Below, piece by piece: positions 8,050 through 19,397 of a DNA stretch of 64,000 nucleotides (within the stretch, counting starts at the first letter, position 1; the number at the start of each line of letters is the position of its first letter). The position numbers and the translations under genes were made by a program. The notes below the pieces were generated by a model. It had not been told where the DNA came from. It saw only the letters and a list, made by a program, of their open reading frames with translations, and made no database searches. The stretch is from Bacilli bacterium (GTDB lineage Bacteria; Bacillota_I; Bacilli_A; RF39; UBA660). The stretch lies in the NCBI GenBank assembly GCA_017936845.1, contig JAGBES010000001.1, forward strand, positions 11,026-75,025, in the 5' to 3' direction.

Positions 8050-8775
8050 ATGGAAAGATTACAAAAAGTTATAGCTAACAGTGGTTATACATCAAGAAGA
8101 AAAGCTGAAGAATTAATATCAAAAGGATTAGTTAAAGTAAATGGGGAAATAATTTATGAGCTAGGAATTAAAGTCTCACCTAATGATATGATAGAAATAG
8201 ATGGATATATATTAAAAAATGAAAATAAAGTTTATTATTTATTAAATAAACCAAGAGGAATAATTACTTCAACATCAGATGATAAAGGTAGAAAAACAGT
8301 AGTAGATTTAATAAATACAAATGTAAGGATATATCCAGTAGGAAGACTTGATTACGATACCACAGGAGCTTTATTACTTACAAATGATGGTGAATTAGCC
8401 AATTTAATAATGCATCCAAAATCACAAATAGATAAAGTATATGTTGCTAAAATAAAAGGATTAATCGGTAAAAATCAAATATTAAAATTACAAAATGGTG
8501 TATTAGTGGATGGTATTAAAACAAATAAAGCAAAGGCAAGAATTTTAAATTATGATAAGAAGTCTGATACATCAATAGTTGAACTTACTATTCATGAAGG
8601 AAGAAATCATCAAGTAAAAAAAATGTTTAATGCTATAGGATATGATGTGTTAAAACTAAAGAGAGAAAGAATTGCATTTTTAGATGTAAAAAATATGAAA
8701 TCGGGAGATTATAGATTATTAAATCCAAAAGAAGTGAAAAAATTATATAATGAAACAAAAAATAAAACGTGTTAG
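8050..8775 (+). CDS. rluB: Pseudouridine synthase, RsuA/RluB family
   Basis: N-terminal S4 domain (RRKAEELISKGLVKVNG) and catalytic motif VGRLDYDTTGALLLTNDGELAN. Confidence 0.88.
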   Translation: MERLQKVIANSGYTSRRKAEELISKGLVKVNGEIIYELGIKVSPNDMIEIDGYILKNENKVYYLLNKPRGIITSTSDDKGRKTVVDLINTNVRIYPVGRLDYDTTGALLLTNDGELANLIMHPKSQIDKVYVAKIKGLIGKNQILKLQNGVLVDGIKTNKAKARILNYDKKSDTSIVELTIHEGRNHQVKKMFNAIGYDVLKLKRERIAFLDVKNMKSGDYRLLNPKEVKKLYNETKNKTC

Positions 8776-8782
8776 ACACGTT

Positions 8783-9001
8783 TTATTTTTCTTCTTTTTC
8801 TATGAAAATTGCACTTGTAGGACATCCTTCTAATGCATCTATAACATCATTTTTTAGTTCTTCTTCCATTTTATTAATTGTATTTGTTTCTTCATTTGCT
8901 TCAGCAAATCCATCGTCATTAAAAGAGAAAACTTCACTTGCTATTGCAGTACATGCTCCACAACCAATGCATTTATCTTGATCAACTTTTATTTTTTCCA
9001 T
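8783..9001 (-). CDS. Small ferredoxin
   Basis: 72 aa with the CIGCGAC...EGCP cluster-binding pattern. Confidence 0.85.
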   Translation of the reverse strand: MEKIKVDQDKCIGCGACTAIASEVFSFNDDGFAEANEETNTINKMEEELKNDVIDALEGCPTSAIFIEKEEK

Positions 9002-9101
9002 ATTATTCCTCCTAATATAATTATAAAAAAAATAAAATATAAATGCAAGTAAAGGTTTAAAAAAATCATAAAATATGATATTATTATTTATAGGTGATAG
9101 T

Positions 9102-9908
9102 ATGGTAAGCAGAATGGAAAAATATTATAAAAATAATAGCGATGTAAAACAACGAAGTCAAAAAAATAAAGATTTATATCATAGTATATATGATTATGGT
9201 GAATATTCTAATATTGAAGGTATTGCTACCATAGATAAAAATAACGAAGTTGATATCACTAAAGTAAAAAATACAATTAAGAACCGTGAAAATTATAAAA
9301 GAGAAAAAAAATATAGACAAATAACAAAAACTGAAAATGATTATGAGGAATTAACTGTTAGTCCTGATTTTATTTCAAAAGAACAAAAAAGTTATGATAT
9401 AAGAGATGTACTAAATAAAGCCAGAGATAAAAAAAATATAGATAATTCATATAGAAGTTTAGATAATACAAGTTATAATATTTTAAAAAAATTAGAGTTA
9501 GAGGATAATCAAAAAAATAATACTAAAGATTTTGATGATGATGAATTAAAAGAATTAATAAATACTATAACTAGTACAAGTATGTTAAATCAAATGGATG
9601 ATAATGAGTTAGGATTAAATATGTTAAATTTAGATTCTACAAAATCAATTGTAGGAGAAGATAATTCTGTAAAGAAATTATTAGAACAAGCAAGAAAATA
9701 TGAAGAAAAAAAATCAGCAACCATACCAGAAATAGATAATTCATTTTATACTTCAAGTCTTAATTTTTCAAAGGATGATTTTGAGGAAGCTAATAATATT
9801 GTAACTAAAAAGAAGTCAAAAAAAATCCTATTAAAAATTTTATTTTTTATAGGATTACTTATAGTAACGGGATTAATTATATTTAGTGTTTATTACCTAA
9901 TTAAATAA
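9102..9908 (+). CDS. Hypothetical low-complexity protein with C-terminal membrane anchor
   Basis: Lys/Asn/Asp-rich sequence ending in a single TM helix (ILLKILFFIGLLIVTGLIIFSVYYLI). The start at ATG 9102 follows GGTGA. No family recognised. Confidence 0.45.
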   Translation: MVSRMEKYYKNNSDVKQRSQKNKDLYHSIYDYGEYSNIEGIATIDKNNEVDITKVKNTIKNRENYKREKKYRQITKTENDYEELTVSPDFISKEQKSYDIRDVLNKARDKKNIDNSYRSLDNTSYNILKKLELEDNQKNNTKDFDDDELKELINTITSTSMLNQMDDNELGLNMLNLDSTKSIVGEDNSVKKLLEQARKYEEKKSATIPEIDNSFYTSSLNFSKDDFEEANNIVTKKKSKKILLKILFFIGLLIVTGLIIFSVYYLIK

Positions 9909-11003
9909 TTAGGTATTTTTTTTGCATCTAGTTCTTATAAATACAATTAGTGGTAAGATAAATAGCATAATTAACATAATATATGGAAATTTATATAGTA
10001 AAAAACTATCTCCAGTCGTATTATTTTTAAATATATAATTACTTGATATAAAACATATTATAATAATTAAAATAGAAATAAATAAATTATCATATTTAAA
10101 TTTTGTTATGTGTTTAAATGAATATTTTATAAAATTAAAACATATTGATATCATCATGAATAAATCAAATATCCATTGAGTTGCTAAAATACTTTCAAAT
10201 CTTTGGAAAAATCCTGTAGTTGCTATTCTTCTTAAAAGAACAAAATCAGGAAATTCATATATTGTAGCTAAATCTATTCCAAATACAGATATAACATAAA
10301 ATATAACTATAAATTTTCCTATATTTGTAAACAAATAGAAAAATATAATAGTTTTATTTAGTTTTTCATTATTATTTATATCAGCTTTAGGTATAAAAAG
10401 TAATATATATAAAGGAAGAATAGAATAGGCTACATGTGCTAAACCACTAAGTAATGGATTTTTTATGCCATTTTCTAAAAATGGTAATAGGTTGGTAATC
10501 TTAGAATTACCAATTAGTCCAAATGTACAAATTAGAAATATTATTATTGATATATAAAATAATATGTTAGATGTTCTAGTTAAAACATTTAAACTTTTTG
10601 TACATGTATATATAAAACATATGCCAAATATAATTGCAACATATAGGGTTGATGTTCTATATAAATATTGCGATCCAATAAAATTTAACAAATTCCAAAA
10701 AACAACACTTACTAAAAAAATAATTGTAAAACATATTATAATATTCATAATTTTACCTAATTTTTTTCCAAATAAATAATCAATTTTTTCAAATATATTT
10801 AATTCTGGTTTATAATTTAGTAATTTTAAAAATATATAAAGAGGAATAAATCCAATAATCATACCGATAAGTGGGGACAAATATCCATCAACACCACCTA
10901 TATGTATATAAGAATCCATAGATATTCCTAGAGACATAGACCTTATTAAAAAATATATTAATATTCCATATTCAAAACATGTAATTTTATTAACTTTATT
11001 CAT
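9909..11003 (-). CDS. Spore germination protein, GerAB/GerKB permease family
   Basis: 364 aa with about 10 TM helices. It is the last gene of a gerA-type tricistron and overlaps the gerXC stop. Confidence 0.8.
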   Translation of the reverse strand: MNKVNKITCFEYGILIYFLIRSMSLGISMDSYIHIGGVDGYLSPLIGMIIGFIPLYIFLKLLNYKPELNIFEKIDYLFGKKLGKIMNIIICFTIIFLVSVVFWNLLNFIGSQYLYRTSTLYVAIIFGICFIYTCTKSLNVLTRTSNILFYISIIIFLICTFGLIGNSKITNLLPFLENGIKNPLLSGLAHVAYSILPLYILLFIPKADINNNEKLNKTIIFFYLFTNIGKFIVIFYVISVFGIDLATIYEFPDFVLLRRIATTGFFQRFESILATQWIFDLFMMISICFNFIKYSFKHITKFKYDNLFISILIIIICFISSNYIFKNNTTGDSFLLYKFPYIMLIMLFILPLIVFIRTRCKKNT

Positions 11004-12177
11004 TATTTTCAGCCGCCTTTAATGATTGTTTTATTGATCCTTTTGTTCTAACATTAACATCTACATTTATTTTTATTTTTAGTGTACTAAATTTTTCATT
11101 CCAATCATCTATACTTTTAAAGTATTTAGGATTTTTTTTATATACTAAATTTCCAAATCCGAACACATCAGTTTTGTATTTTTGTGCTACATCAATTCCT
11201 TTGTTAATTAATTTCTTTACTTTTTTTTCAGTTTTCTTTTCTATTTCTTCAATGTTTTTTTCATCATATAAATTTATATCACAAGTAATTCCTTGTATAG
11301 CTCCTTCTGCTTTTACACTAAGATTAATTGTAGGTTCATCATCTATAAATTCAACTTTGCTTTTTGTTTTTAAATTAGAAAGCGCAGTTATAATATATCC
11401 ATCTTCACAATCATTTTCGATTATCATTTCTGAAGTGTTACCTGTTGCTATATTAATTCCTCTACTTTCATCATCTGTTGTATAGCTAACAAATTTTGAG
11501 TCTTTAAAAAGTGCTAGTCCTTTTAGCCCAACAAAAGCTTTTAATTCAGTTGATTCTAGTGATTTACTGGAACTTCCTTTTTTTTCACTACCATATATTT
11601 TTATAGTAGGTAAATATGGTTCAATTCCTTTTTTTAAATAATTTTCCATGAATCTACTATATGTCATATCATCAGATATCGAACTTGTGTTATTAGCATT
11701 TTCTATATTTAATTTTATATTTTGTGAAGGAAAAGATTCAAGAGGAGAAATTATTTTTAAAACATCACTTGCTTTTTCTTCTTCTCTTGTCATTATAAGA
11801 TAAGCTCTTTTTGTAGTTTCTGGACTTCTAAATAAATAATCACTTACATTATCAAGTCCTTTTTTTGCTACTTCTTCAGATACTATAACAACAGCTAGAT
11901 GTCCTAAATATATTTGTTTTGGAATTCGATTATCTATTTTTTTTAAGGCCATGGATATATTTTTACCTGTTCCATCATAAACGATTGTTCCAGCATCTCC
12001 TTCTTTAGCACTTTCTTCTGCTTTTTTAGAATTAGAAATTAAAACACTAACCTCGTATTCATCATCTTTCATATCAACCGCTATTCCTGTTACAATAGCA
12101 ATATTATTTAATTCTTTATAATCTGTACATCCACAAAATATGAATATAATAGGAATAATTAATAAAAACTTTTTCAT
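10996..12177 (-). CDS. Spore germination lipoprotein, Ger(x)C family
   Basis: Lipobox IFIFCG|C. Its length of ~390 aa and its position between the A and B subunits fit the family. Confidence 0.8.
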   Translation of the reverse strand: MKKFLLIIPIIFIFCGCTDYKELNNIAIVTGIAVDMKDDEYEVSVLISNSKKAEESAKEGDAGTIVYDGTGKNISMALKKIDNRIPKQIYLGHLAVVIVSEEVAKKGLDNVSDYLFRSPETTKRAYLIMTREEEKASDVLKIISPLESFPSQNIKLNIENANNTSSISDDMTYSRFMENYLKKGIEPYLPTIKIYGSEKKGSSSKSLESTELKAFVGLKGLALFKDSKFVSYTTDDESRGINIATGNTSEMIIENDCEDGYIITALSNLKTKSKVEFIDDEPTINLSVKAEGAIQGITCDINLYDEKNIEEIEKKTEKKVKKLINKGIDVAQKYKTDVFGFGNLVYKKNPKYFKSIDDWNEKFSTLKIKINVDVNVRTKGSIKQSLKAAENNE

Positions 12178-13637
12178 TTATATTCCTCCATTCTTGTTTC
12201 ATTTTTTGTTAAGTAAGGAGCCCTATTTTTTTGTTTTGATCTTGAAATTCTTATAAAACTATCTTTAAGTATCTTTGGATATAATGGACTAGTTGGTACT
12301 GTATATGGAATATTAAGATATTCCATACTACATATTTTAACTATAAAGATTAAGAAAGCTATTGTAAGTCCAATAAATCCAAGCAACATTGAAAAGATTA
12401 TGAATATAAACCTCCACCATCTGATACCATTTATAAAATCAACATCGGTATATAAAAGACCAGATATTGATGTAAATGCTACTACAATGATGATTATTGG
12501 TGATACTATTCCTGCACTAACAGCTGCTTCTCCAAGAATTAATGCTCCAACTATACTTATAGATGCTCCTGTTGTATTTGGCATTCTTGTATCGGCTTCT
12601 CTTAGTATTTCAAAAATAGTAATCATTAATATTAATTCTAAAGCTGTAGGAAATGGAACACCTGATTTTTGGATTGAAAGGGATATTAAAAGTTCATTTG
12701 GGATAACTTCTTGATTCCAGGTTGTAACAGCTATATAAAAACCTGGTGTTATTATAGTAAGAATAAAACTTAAAAATCTTAGCATTCTAGTTAAACTGAT
12801 ATTAATTGGTTTTTGATAATAATCTTCAGCTGTATGTAAAAAATCTATTAATAATCCTGGTAGTATTAGTGCATATGGGCTATTTTCAACTAATATTATA
12901 ATTTTTCCTTCTAATAAAGATCCACATACTAAATCTGGTCTTTCTGTGCTTATCATTTGAGGAAAAGAACTTTTAGATTTTGAAGTTAGAAATTCTCTTA
13001 TATATCCACTATCTAAAATGCCATCGATATTAATTTTTTTTAATCTATTTTCTAATATTTCTACATTTTCATGATTAGCTATATCATTAATATATCCTAT
13101 TGTTACTTTAGTTTTAGTTCTTTTTCCTATTTTTAAATCTTTAAACCATAAATTTTCATCTTTTATTCTTTTTCTAATTAATCCTAAATTTGTTTCATGA
13201 TTTTCTGTAAAACTATCTTTTGGACCTCTTATTATTGATTCACTTGATGATTCTGTTACTCCTCTATCAAGTGATGCTTTAGCTTCTACAGTTATTACCT
13301 CATTAAAGCCATCTACAAATATACAAGTAAATCCTGATGATAATTTATATAGTAGTTCATCATAATCTTTAACTATAGATAAGTTACTATTATATATTGT
13401 GTTTTCTAAACTTTTAAATAAATCAGTAAAAATATTTATACTATTTTCTTTTATAAGATTACTTATACTATGCATTAAAAAATTACTTATTTTATCATCA
13501 CTACTTACACTTTGTAAGAACATATAAGCAATTTTTTTTCTTTTGATATTTATATTTCTTGTTACTAAGTCATCGCTATTACCATAGCTTTGTTTTATAT
13601 TTTCTATATTTTTTTTAAGATTTTTACTTATTTCCAT
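12174..13637 (-). CDS. Spore germination protein, GerA/GerKA family
   Basis: Soluble N-terminal domain plus a C-terminal multi-TM region typical of GerAA. RBS GAGGG precedes the ATG at 13637, so the track start at 13667 is less likely. Confidence 0.85.
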   Translation of the reverse strand: MEISKNLKKNIENIKQSYGNSDDLVTRNINIKRKKIAYMFLQSVSSDDKISNFLMHSISNLIKENSINIFTDLFKSLENTIYNSNLSIVKDYDELLYKLSSGFTCIFVDGFNEVITVEAKASLDRGVTESSSESIIRGPKDSFTENHETNLGLIRKRIKDENLWFKDLKIGKRTKTKVTIGYINDIANHENVEILENRLKKINIDGILDSGYIREFLTSKSKSSFPQMISTERPDLVCGSLLEGKIIILVENSPYALILPGLLIDFLHTAEDYYQKPINISLTRMLRFLSFILTIITPGFYIAVTTWNQEVIPNELLISLSIQKSGVPFPTALELILMITIFEILREADTRMPNTTGASISIVGALILGEAAVSAGIVSPIIIIVVAFTSISGLLYTDVDFINGIRWWRFIFIIFSMLLGFIGLTIAFLIFIVKICSMEYLNIPYTVPTSPLYPKILKDSFIRISRSKQKNRAPYLTKNETRMEEYK

Positions 13638-13950
13638 AATTATCCCTCGCACTTTTAGTATTTCCAAAATATGAAAATATATGACATTAACTTATTTTTC
13701 TTTTTTTTATATTGTATAAAGAACAAATGTTTGGTATAATTAAGTTGCAATAATTGCAGTAGGATATAGAGTAAATTTTAAAAAATACATATAAGACTTA
13801 CTGATTGGAAAATTTATCCAATATGATACAATTAGTAAAAGAAAGTAGATGGACTATTTTTAATAAAAGATTAAAAACTTATGAAGTGGATAGTAGAAAT
13901 TTTAGTTATGATTATATTATAATAATATCAATGAAAGGTGGCAAACACAT

Positions 13951-14937
13951 ATGACAAAGAATAATATAGTAATTTATACATCAAAAGATGGAATAGTTAA
14001 AGTTGATACTACAATAGTTAATGATACTATTTGGATGAGTCAGCAAGAACTTGCTAAGTTATTTAATACAACAAAAAATAATATTTCATTACATATGAAA
14101 AATATTTTTGAAAGTGGAGAATTAGAAGAAAGTTCAGTTGTTAAGAAATTCTTAACAACTGCTTGTGATGGTAAAAATTATAATGTTACACATTATAATT
14201 TGGATGCTATAATTGCTGTAGGGTATAGAATTAATTCAAAAAGTGCCACTGAATTTAGAATATGGGCAACAAAAGTTTTAAAAGAATATATGATTAAAGG
14301 CTTTTCTTTAAATGATGAACTTTTAAAGAATAATGGAGAAAGTCCTTATTTTGAAGAATTACTCGCAAGAATTAGAGAAATACGAAGTAGTGAAAAAGTA
14401 TTTTGGCGAAAGGTGTTAGATATTTATGCAACTGCGATTGATTATGACCCAAAAAGTGAAATATCAATTAATTTTTTCAAGACTGTGCAAAATAAAATGC
14501 ACTTTGCTACACATGGAAACACTGCTGCAGAAGTTATTTTTAATAGAGTAGATGCTAATAAGAATAATGTTGGTCTTACAAATTTTAAAGGAGATATACC
14601 GACAAGAGAAGAAACTGAAATTGCAAAAAATTATTTAACAGAAGAAGAATTAAATATTTTAAATCGTATGGTATCTGCTTATTTAGATATTGCTGAAATT
14701 AATGCATTAGATCATCATGTTATGACAATGCAAGATTGGGTTTTTGAGCTAGATTCATTTTTGAAAATGACTAGAAAAAATATTTTAACAAATGCTGGCT
14801 CTATTTCACATGAAGAGGCTTTAAAGAAAGCACATGACGAATATGATAAATATATGCAAAATCATTTAACTCAAGCAGAAAAAGATTATTTAGAAATTAT
14901 GAATGTTGAGCTTAAAGAATTAGATAAAAGTAATTAA
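13951..14937 (+). CDS. RhuM-family virulence-associated protein
   Basis: N-terminal IVIYTSKDGIVKVDTTIVNDTIWMSQQELAKLF and YNLDAIIAVGYRINSKSATEFRIWATKVLKEY are hallmark RhuM-family segments as I remember them. Confidence 0.75.
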   Translation: MTKNNIVIYTSKDGIVKVDTTIVNDTIWMSQQELAKLFNTTKNNISLHMKNIFESGELEESSVVKKFLTTACDGKNYNVTHYNLDAIIAVGYRINSKSATEFRIWATKVLKEYMIKGFSLNDELLKNNGESPYFEELLARIREIRSSEKVFWRKVLDIYATAIDYDPKSEISINFFKTVQNKMHFATHGNTAAEVIFNRVDANKNNVGLTNFKGDIPTREETEIAKNYLTEEELNILNRMVSAYLDIAEINALDHHVMTMQDWVFELDSFLKMTRKNILTNAGSISHEEALKKAHDEYDKYMQNHLTQAEKDYLEIMNVELKELDKSN

Positions 14938-14971
14938 TGATTTGGAATAATCTGTTAGAAAAATAGTACTG

Positions 14972-15136
14972 ATGGTAAAATAATTAAACATGATATAGAT
15001 ATTGCGAGAAATTATTTAAATTATAATGAATTTAAATAATTTAATAATCTTATTTTTAGATTATGCAGAAAATATGGTTGAAGAAAATTAATATGAAAAA
15101 ATTAGAGTAAAACAAGATAAGGAATATATAAAATAA
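14972..15136 (+). pseudogene. Degenerate remnant of a second RhuM-like gene
   Basis: Fragments in shifting frames echo the C-terminal half of the intact copy: DGKIIKHDIDIARNYLNYNEFK*, LDYAENMVEEN*, YEKIRVKQDKEYIK*. Compare EIAKNYLTEEELNILNRMVSAYLDIAE in the intact copy. The remnant is interrupted by stops and frameshifts. Confidence 0.5.
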
Positions 15137-15163
15137 TAAGAATAAATTTTGAGGAGATATAAC

Positions 15164-15996
15164 ATGATTTATTTAAAAAATTTTAAATTATTAAGTGATA
15201 ATGCAGAATATGAAATGATAATACATAAAATGAATATTTATAATAATTTATATCCTTTAAAAATTTTTCCTAATAAAGAATTTCAAAGTATAGAGTTTGA
15301 GCCTATTACTATTTTTTATGGAGGCAATGGGTCTGGTAAAACAACTCTTTTAAATATTATTAGTGATTCTATTAATGCTTCTAAAAGAAATGTTGATAAA
15401 AAAAGTAATTTATTTAGCGAATATGTTAATAATTGCAGTTATAGTTTAATAAATCAATATGAATGTAAAAATAAAAAATATATATCTAGTGATGATGTAT
15501 TTGATTATTTATTAGATATTAGAGCAATTAATTCAAATGTTAATAGAAGAAAAGAAGAATTAATTAATGAATATTATAAATATAAAGATATGACAACTAA
15601 AACATACAATTCATGTTTAGAACATTATGAAGCTTTAAAAAGTAAAGTTGATTCAAATGAAATGACTATATCTAAGTATGTTAGAACTAGATTAAAAAAT
15701 AACAATATAATACAAGAGTCTAATGGAGAAACAGCATTAGATTTTTGGCAAAATGAAATTGCAGATAATGCTATATATCTTATTGATGAGCCAGAAAACA
15801 GTTTATCAGCTGAAAATCAAATTAAATTAAAAACTTTTATTGAGGAGTCTTCTAGATTTTATAATTGCCAATTCATAATGCTAAAATATATGATCTTGAT
15901 ACTATTCCAGTTAAAACAAAAAAATGGACAGAACTTGAAAATGTGAAAGTGTATAATCAATTTTTTAAAGAACACAGAGATGAATTTATTGATTAA
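15164..15996 (+). pseudogene. AAA/ABC-like ATPase gene disrupted by an internal out-of-frame deletion
   Basis: Walker A GGNGSGKTT and Walker B/D-loop YLIDEPENSLS are intact. After ...RFYNCQFI the frame runs into junk (MLKYMILILF...). The +2 frame continues with a conserved-looking C-terminus, NAKIYDLDTIPVKTKKWTELENVKVYNQFFKEHRDEFID*, ending at 15996. The expected H-loop segment (STHSPF-like) is missing. Confidence 0.65.
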
Positions 15997-16081
15997 GTTA
16001 AAATTTTATTTGAATTAAATTAGATATAAAAACAGATTTAAATTGATCTGTTTTTTTGATATAATGTTTTTGGTGAATACT

Positions 16082-17302
16082 ATGATTGTAAAAGTTTTAA
16101 AAATGGATCATCAAGGAAGAGGGATTGCTAAAGTAAATGATAAGGCAGTTTTTATTTATAATGCACTTCCAGATGAAGTTGTTGATATTAGAGTAATTAA
16201 GGAAAATAAAAAAATTATGGAAGCTGTTGTTTTAAAATATATTGAAACATCTAAAAAAAGAATTAATCCAATTTGTCCATATTACTTGGAATGTGGTGGC
16301 TGTGATTTAATGCATATTAATTATAATGATGAGTTAGAATATAAAGAAAATAAGATTAGACAAATCATAGAAAAATTTACTACTTTACCTTTACAAGCAA
16401 TTAAACCAATTGTAGGTAATGATAATAAAAATTATAGAAATAAAGCAACATTTCATGTAGATGGCAAAATTGGATACTATTCTAAAAAAAGCTTTAAAAT
16501 AGTTGATATAGATAACTGTTTTATAGCATCTAAAGAAATAAATGATATTTTAAAAAATTTAAAAAAAATAAATTTAAATAATATTTATGAAATTGTTATT
16601 AGAACTTCTAAATATTTAAAAGATAAAATGATTATTTTAAAATTTAATAATTATATAAATGAAGAAGAAATAATAAGTAAATTAAAAAATATAGTAGACT
16701 CTATTATTATTTACCAAAATAAAGAATATAAAACTATATATGGTAAAGGTTTTATAAATGATAAAATAGGTGACTATATATTTAAGATATCACCAGATTC
16801 ATTTTTTCAAGTTAATACTAGTCAAGCTAAAGTTTTATATGATAAGGTTTTAGAGTATTTAAATCCTACTATAAATGATAAAGTTTTAGATTTATATTGT
16901 GGTACAGGGACTATTGGTATTTATGTTAGTAAATATGTTAAAAGTGTTAAAGGAATTGAAATAAATAAATATGCAGTAATAGATGCGAATTATAATAAAA
17001 AAATTAATAATGTAGATAATATTTCTTTTGAATGCTTAGATGCATCTAAAGTAGATAAAATTAAAGATAAATTTGATAGTGTTATAGTAGATCCTCCTAG
17101 AAGTGGACTTGATAAAAAAACAATAAATTATTTAATAAATTTAAAGGTTGAAAAAATAGTTTATGTATCATGTGATCCTGTTACTTTAGCACGTGATTTA
17201 GAAATATTAAAAGATTATTATGATATAAAAGAAATAACACCAGTTGATATGTTTAGTAATACGTATCACGTGGAGTGTGTGTGCGTTCTAAAACTTAAAT
17301 AA
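16082..17302 (+). CDS. rlmD: 23S rRNA (uracil-5-)-methyltransferase RlmD/RumA
   Basis: TRAM domain, Cys cluster CPYYLECGGCDLMH, SAM motif DLYCGTGTIG, and the C-terminal VYVSCDP catalytic region. Confidence 0.9.
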   Translation: MIVKVLKMDHQGRGIAKVNDKAVFIYNALPDEVVDIRVIKENKKIMEAVVLKYIETSKKRINPICPYYLECGGCDLMHINYNDELEYKENKIRQIIEKFTTLPLQAIKPIVGNDNKNYRNKATFHVDGKIGYYSKKSFKIVDIDNCFIASKEINDILKNLKKINLNNIYEIVIRTSKYLKDKMIILKFNNYINEEEIISKLKNIVDSIIIYQNKEYKTIYGKGFINDKIGDYIFKISPDSFFQVNTSQAKVLYDKVLEYLNPTINDKVLDLYCGTGTIGIYVSKYVKSVKGIEINKYAVIDANYNKKINNVDNISFECLDASKVDKIKDKFDSVIVDPPRSGLDKKTINYLINLKVEKIVYVSCDPVTLARDLEILKDYYDIKEITPVDMFSNTYHVECVCVLKLK

Positions 17303-17454
17303 AACTTTATATTTAGTCGAAAATCAACTGTTCAGTACCTATCAAAAATATAGAAAAAATTTAAAGAGGTTGTTTGAGGATAATATGTTTCCTCATACCA
17401 TATTAGGTGGTATGGATTGTATAATTGAATTTTGTAGTGGATGAGTAGATTATA

Positions 17455-18300
17455 ATGATAGATAGAGATATAATAGATGAAGCCTTAAATTTTTATAATA
17501 TAGATTTACAATATAGGGATAAATGTTATAATTGTGCGGAAGAAATAAATAAAAAAGGAAAATTAAGTTTATCATTTTCAAATCTATATAAGAAATTATA
17601 TATTGAAGAATATACAAAAATAAAAGATTTATGGCAATACAAGGATATTGATGAATTGTTTGGTGATAATGTCAATCCTTTTATAACTAATATAATGGTT
17701 CTATTAGGCTATAATTATCATAGAGAAAATATGCAACAATATAATTTTGACGCTACTCAAATTAATATTCATAAAAAAAGAGTTAAGGAATGTTTTGAAA
17801 GTGACTTAAAAATAAGAAGAAGAGATGGAATTAGGGTATCACAAATGTTATGGGCTATATATTTTATTAGAACAAGAATCGTTGAAATAGGTAGTCTACA
17901 GTTTGAGTATTATTCTAATTCAATAGTAAAAATTCATATTCCTAAAAATACCAATTTAAATATTTTTAGTGTTAAAGAATCGATTAAGAAAGCAACAATT
18001 AAAATGAAAAAAAATTATTCAATTAAGGATTTCAAGTATATATGTAATTCATGGTTACTAAGCAAACAAATATATGAAATTATAGATGAAAATTCTAATA
18101 TTTCAAAATTTCATGATTTGTTCGATGTGACTGAAGGGGAAGAATGTATTAATAATATATTAAACTTTGTATATGGAATAGATAAGTGCGAAGATTATTC
18201 TTTATTACCTACAAATACTACATTGCAAAGTAGAATTAAAATAGAATTATTAAATGGTAAAATTTTTTATTTAGGGTTAGGTGTATTAAAATATAAATGA
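17455..18300 (+). CDS. Hypothetical protein (possibly GNAT-like C-terminal domain 'acyltransferase' family)
   Basis: 281 aa and soluble. The segment IVEIGSLQFEY resembles the iGrLQFE pattern I associate with that family. This is weak. Confidence 0.35.
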   Translation: MIDRDIIDEALNFYNIDLQYRDKCYNCAEEINKKGKLSLSFSNLYKKLYIEEYTKIKDLWQYKDIDELFGDNVNPFITNIMVLLGYNYHRENMQQYNFDATQINIHKKRVKECFESDLKIRRRDGIRVSQMLWAIYFIRTRIVEIGSLQFEYYSNSIVKIHIPKNTNLNIFSVKESIKKATIKMKKNYSIKDFKYICNSWLLSKQIYEIIDENSNISKFHDLFDVTEGEECINNILNFVYGIDKCEDYSLLPTNTTLQSRIKIELLNGKIFYLGLGVLKYK

Positions 18301-18950
18301 TATATTCATAATAATCATTGTAAATATTTGATGTGTTTATTATGTAGTAGTCAGTTATACCCAAACATATAATTCTAAACTATTTATAATATATATTCAA
18401 TACACATTGAATGTGTCTCAATACTGTATTGTAAAAATGACTATTAAAATATGGTTAAATTTGATAAAATATGAAATAAATTACAAAAAGATGTAATAAG
18501 AAATATGTTAAAGTAGTAAACCTATTACAATGTATAAAGATCATTAAATATGGTCTTTTTTATGAAAAAACAAGAAAAATATAATATGAATAATAATTAA
18601 AAGTATTTAAACTTAGAATTTTTATACATTTAATCAATGATATATTATCTTTAAAAGCATTATAATTAATAGAAATAATTAAAGCCAGAAACAAAAAAAT
18701 ATATTTAGGTATAATTACCTGTCTTTATGCATCCTTCTTAAAAAATAATAACAGATAGTAAAATTAATATATTTATGAACTAAATATGGAAAATATAACC
18801 AATATAATATTAATAAATATATAGACAAATATAATAATATAAATTAAAACAATATTTTTTAATTTCATCAAGTTATAAAAAAATATATTTACATAGTTCA
18901 ATTTATTTGCTATTATTATGTATAAGAATAGAAATGATGGAGGCTTTTTG

Positions 18951-19397
18951 ATGAAAATAAAAATTGTTAATAATTTATTATATATATTTATTGGTGTTAT
19001 TATGACTTTAGGAATTACTGTGTTGGCTGTTAATTATAATGCTAGCGATATGATATATAAGGATTCTACAGTAGAAAAAGCATTAAATGAATTATACAAT
19101 AATAATGATAAATGTATTTCTTCTACAATATTTCATGAAGCAAATAGTCAAATTAATATTCCAATTGGATTTACGCCAAGTAATTTTATTATATCATATA
19201 ATAATAGTCAAGGTTATGTATATTTTATATATAATAAAAATGTATCAGATGTTATATATTCATTTTCGAAAAGTGCAAAAACAGTAGCTAACTCTAATTC
19301 AAATTTTAGTATTTCTAATTCAATTGTTTCTAATTATGCAAGCAGTTATATGACATATAAAGAAGAATATGAAATTCATTATACTGCATGTAAATAA
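18951..19397 (+). CDS. Hypothetical N-terminally membrane-anchored protein
   Basis: RBS GGAGG lies 7 nt before the ATG at 18951. It has one N-terminal TM helix (LLYIFIGVIMTLGITVLAV) and a Ser/Asn-rich ectodomain. Confidence 0.4.
   Translation: MKIKIVNNLLYIFIGVIMTLGITVLAVNYNASDMIYKDSTVEKALNELYNNNDKCISSTIFHEANSQINIPIGFTPSNFIISYNNSQGYVYFIYNKNVSDVIYSFSKSAKTVANSNSNFSISNSIVSNYASSYMTYKEEYEIHYTACK

Noticed and set aside
13823-13954. 43-codon ORF (MIQLVKESRWTIFNKRLKTYEVDSRNFSYDYIIIISMKGGKHI) ending in ATGA overlap with the rhuM start
   Set aside because: It has no Shine-Dalgarno sequence, and its coding region contains the rhuM RBS. It shows no recognisable motif, so it is probably fortuitous.
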